Shown here: piece by piece, positions 62,115 through 64,000 of the stretch
Layout of the letters: the number at the start of each line of letters is the position of its first letter
Position numbering within the stretch: the first letter of the stretch is position 1
Assembly (NCBI GenBank): GCA_030390025.1
Contig: CM059432.1
Span: 29,762,001 to 29,826,000 of the forward strand
From: Squalus acanthias
Taxonomy: Eukaryota
Reading direction: 5' to 3'
DNA length: 64,000 nt
The notes under the pieces: model-generated
What the model was told of the DNA's origin: nothing
Databases searched by the model: none
The model's input: only the letters and a program-made list of their open reading frames with translations
Position numbers and translations under genes: made by a program

Positions 62115-64000
62115 ACATAGGACTACATAGGATTACATAGGATATACAGCACAGAAACAGGCTATTTGGTCCAACCAGTCCATGCCGGCGTTTATGCTCC
62201 ACATGAGCCTCCTCCCGTCTTTCCTCATCTAAATCTATCAGCATAACCCTCTATTCCCTTTTCCCTCATATGCTTGTCTAGCCTCCCCTTAAATGCATCT
62301 ATTCAGTTCAACCACTCCCTGTGGTAGCGAGTTCCATATTCTCACCACTCTTTGGGTAAAGAAGTTTCTTCTGAATTCCCTATTGGATTTCTTGGTGACT
62401 ATCTTATATTGATGGCCTCTAGTTATGCTCTTCTGCACAAGTGGAAACATTCTCTCTGTATCCACTCTATCAAAATTTTTCATAATTTTAAAGACCTCTA
62501 TTAGGTCACCCTTCAGCTTTTTTTTTCCCCAAGAGAAAAGAGACCCAGCCTGTTCATCCTTTCCTGATATGTATACCCTCGCTTTTCTGGTATCATCCTT
62601 GTAAATCTTCTCTGTACCCTCTCCAGTGCCTCTATATCCTTTTTCTAATATGGCGACCAGAACTGTACGCAATACTCTTAAGTGCGGACTAACCAAGGTT
62701 TGATACAGGTTTAGCATAACTTCCCTACTTTTCAATTCTATACCTCTAGAAATAAATCATAGTGCTTGGTTTGCTTTTTTATGGCATTGCTAACCTGTAT
62801 CACAACTTTTAGTGATTTGTGTATTTGTACTCCGAGATCCCTTTGTTCTTCTACTCCACCTAGTGATAAATGACCTCCCTATTCTTCCTATCAAAATGTA
62901 ATACCTCACATTTATCTGTGTTGAACTTCATTTGCCAATTATATGCCCATTCTGCAAATTTATTCATGTCCTCCTGTAATTTGTTGCAGTCCTCCTCAGT
63001 ATTGACTATCCCTTCCAATTTGGTGTTGTCTTCAAATTTAAAAATTGTGTTGTTGATTCCAAAGTCTAAATCGTTAATGTAAATTGTGAACAGCAGTGGT
63101 ACCAGCACTGATCCTTGTGGAACACCACGACCCACCTTCTGCCACTGTGAATAGATACCCTTTACTCCTACTCTCTACTTTCTGTCCTGAAGCCAGCCAA
63201 CAATCCATTCTGCGACTTGTGCCCTGACTCTCCATTCTCTGACCTTGTTCATCAGTCTATTATGGGGTACCTTATCGAAGGCCTTTTGAAAATCCAGATA
63301 AATTACATCTACTGCATTACCATTGTCTACTCTCTCTGTTACCTCTTCAAAAAATTCAATAAGGTTGGTCAAGCAAGACTTTCCCTTTTGAAATCCATGC
63401 TGACCATTCATTATTATATTTTTGGTTTCTAGATGTTCTTCTATTTTCTCCTTTAGTAGGGATCCCATTATTTTTCCTAGTACCGATGTTAAGCTGACTG
63501 GTCTATAATTCCCTGCAAATGTTCTATCCCCCTTCTTAAATATCGGTATTACGTTAGCTATCCACCAGTCCGCTGGCACTACACCTTTTTCTGAGTTATT
63601 AAATATGCGTAGTAATGCCTCTGCTATCTCTTCCCTAGACTCTTTTAAAATGCGTGGATGCAATCCATCCGGACCAGGGATTTTATCCTCTTTGAGTTTG
63701 ATTAGTTTATTTAATATATCCCCTTATTTATTTTTAAATGCACTTATCTCATTACTAATCCCATCATCCAATGTCTTATCCACCTGATCTATCTCCCTGG
63801 TAAATACTGAAGCGAAATAATGATTGAATATTTCTGCCATCTCTCTATCGTTACCTGTAGTATTATCCTGTCTATCCCTTAATGGCTCTATTCCCATCCC
63901 AACCTTCCTCTTTTTATTGATGTGCCTGTAAAATATTTTACTATTTTGTTTTCTGTTCCTTGATAATTTAATTTCATAGTTCCTCTTTGCATCCCTAATT
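62115..64000 (-). mobile_element. CR1 ORF2 fragment running off the window end
   Basis: HPRILKE...NYRPVSLTSV...QHGFQKGKSCLTNL...GVPQGSVL; tail (cctatgta)n at ~62115. Confidence 0.92.

Overview
Vertebrate genomic DNA, very likely an elasmobranch (shark or ray), judged from the repeat families present: HE1-type SINE, Deu-domain SINEs with L2 tails, CR1 and L2 LINEs, and Penelope-like element (PLE) remnants. The only confidently identifiable host gene is a single-ORF large-Maf bZIP factor, MAFA (59049-59888, minus strand). It has a TATA/CCAAT/octamer/PBX-MEIS proximal promoter near 60.7-60.85 kb and sits in a ~9 kb zone that is nearly free of repeats. The remaining ~52 kb downstream of MAFA is mostly transposon debris: one near-full-length CR1, many CR1/L2/Tx1 fragments, SINEs, Harbinger-type and hAT-type DNA elements, and two minisatellites. 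The most notable features are: (i) two families of short PLE-derived inserts that carry minimal type I hammerhead ribozyme cores, four with exact 12-13 bp target-site duplications (TSDs) and several folded back as long inverted repeats; (ii) a 105-bp near-perfect inverted duplication at the 5' junction of the young CR1; (iii) a local duplication with paired exon-like segments, plus one orphan 258-nt open exon candidate. Repeat boundaries are read by eye and are approximate unless TSD or TIR coordinates are given. Family names come from recalled consensus features, not database searches.
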